Shown here: piece by piece, positions 62,501 through 64,000 of the stretch
Numbering within the stretch: the stretch's first letter is position 1
How the letters are laid out: the number at the start of each line of letters is the position of its first letter
NCBI GenBank assembly: GCA_036172245.1
Contig: JAYWIR010000039.1
Span: 1,922,001-1,986,000 of the forward strand
Direction of reading: 5' to 3'
DNA: 64,000 bases
Source: Raillietiella orientalis
Taxonomy: Eukaryota
Notes under the pieces: generated by a model
The model's input: only the letters and a program-made list of their open reading frames with translations
The model's database searches: none
What the model was told of the DNA's origin: nothing
Translations under genes and position numbers: made by a program

Positions 62501-64000
62501 TCATTCGGCGATCGAAACCATTCCTGTTGAAAGCATCCCTGAAAGCACACCAACTGAATGCGTGCAATTGCAAATTCGCAGACAGTGTGAAGCGATGCCA
62601 CCAAATGACAATTTCTTCGACGGGCACGATTTTCGTGGCAAACGCAAATGGACTTTCGGCATCACGAGAGAGTACTCATCATTTCGTCATTCTCTTCAGG
62701 ATCACTGATGAATGTAGTGCGGATACAAAACTCGCCTTGCTTCGCGAACTCGCGCAACGGGACGTGCCTTACTGCAGGAGAGTGCAGGAATGCCGGCGGT
62801 ATGAGGAATGGGCAATGTGCCCTGGGAATCGGCGTATGCTGCATAGGTAAGCCACGAAATGATCACATATGGAAAATGGTCAAACTTCCAAAGTGATACT
62901 TGGATGCGGGCGAAGTGCAAGAGTAAACAATACCTACTTCGAGAACACGACGGACATCCTGACGACCGGAGGGACATGCCAAGCGTCGGTCCAGAAACTG
63001 AACTCGCGTATTCAGCAATTCAGGTGAGGAAGGGGGAACTGTTCGAACCCATAGGGGGATCTCTGAGCAAAGGATGACCTTATGGATTCGGTTCCATTCA
63101 AATGTTGAGTACCGAGCTGAAAGAGCTCGTAGGCAACTCTATGAGGCCTGAATCCGCTGCGTAATGGAGAAGGACGCGAGTCTCGCTCGTTGGGAACGAG
63201 CTGCTCGTCTTCTCACAGCGGGAGGGAGCGCACAGATCCTGGAATGGTTGCCCCTCACTATCGAATCAAGATGGTGTTCAGTGCTTGAGAGGTTTGGTAG
63301 ATGTGAGCAGCAACTTATCCTTGGATATTCATTTCACCCTCGATGGTTCCCAACTGTCAGCCAAATGCGGCTGTGCCGATGACCTGCTCAACTCCTGGCA
63401 TGACTTTTGAGGTGAAGGAGCCAAATTGCGGTTTCGCCTGAGACCCCTCCCGGCAACACGATCCGAAAGGCCGTCCACCGATGACGGTCAGCCGACACAG
63501 TGGAAAACACGAACGTTTAGGCGGTTGGGGAAATCGTGTCCACGGGAAGCACGTCCAGTTACATGCCATGTCAGGGACTTTTCCTCTGCAGGTTCATGAC
63601 CGGCCTCATGCTGTAGGGCGAAGTGCTACTTGAGGATACTGTTGCGTGCCGCAACAGCTTCCGTGGAGGTACGCATGCTGGAAAGGAATTTTTCCACTCA
63701 AGTGGAAGGACAGTGCATAAATGGGAGTCTTCGTGCAGTTCTGCTCCTGTGAGAATCGCGCACGAACGTCCCTGAAATTTGAGCCGGCAAAACGCGAAAA
63801 TGAAGGATAAGTTGAGCTCCAGCACAGAAATACTCGTACTTGGGAACCATAGGGAAACAGAACACGTGTAAAGGAAAGCAAGTGCAAAGGGAAGCACATA
63901 CTGCGGCGGAAGACACCGCAGGAGGCTTTTTTCTGGGAGAAACGTTGCGTGCTCTAAGAACAGTCACTCTCAGGAGCTGCCTGAAGGGTTCCCGGCTGAT
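59597..64000 (+). repeat. >=4.4-kb inverted repeat, right arm
   Basis: Reverse complement of 39798-44201; continues beyond the window. Confidence 0.97.
62095..64000 (+). CDS. CUB-domain gene copy C (B-type signal peptide), exons 1-2 and start of exon 3; continues off the window
   Basis: Exon 1 62095-62179, exon 2 62700-62846, exon 3 from 63964; near-identical to copy B. Confidence 0.7.

Noticed and set aside
1..64000. Most ORF-track ORFs as stand-alone genes; prokaryotic operons, CRISPR arrays, rRNA
   Set aside because: The real genes here are spliced. The other ORFs are short, overlapping, often non-ATG and lack recognisable domains. No regularly spaced short repeats or rRNA motifs were seen.

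Overview
Eukaryotic genomic DNA, probably arthropod (inferred from the CUB-protein family present), with very short spliceosomal introns (mostly 38-60 nt). The ORF track therefore misses or fragments the real genes. Left part (1-21 kb): a Sushi/CCP + F-type-lectin-domain gene (5' end unresolved), an intact 11-exon LMF2-like gene, a 3-exon TIMM10B gene with a GC-AG intron, and several decayed or unresolvable gene remnants in AT-rich DNA. Right part (21-64 kb): a rearranged array of up to 7 copies or fragments of a secreted two-CUB-domain gene. It is interleaved with decayed L1/Tx1-type non-LTR retrotransposon pieces and one dead hAT (Charlie/Buster-type) transposon, and carries near-identical segmental duplications (a 2.07-kb inverted repeat, a >=4.4-kb inverted repeat and a 3.3-kb direct repeat). 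Most striking: two CUB-gene 5' halves with different upstream regions and signal-peptide exons face each other through apparently identical inverted arms and flank a single set of 3' exons. This layout would act as a flip-flop switch if the spacer inverts; inversion itself is inferred, not shown. All alignments and translations were done by eye, with no database searches.
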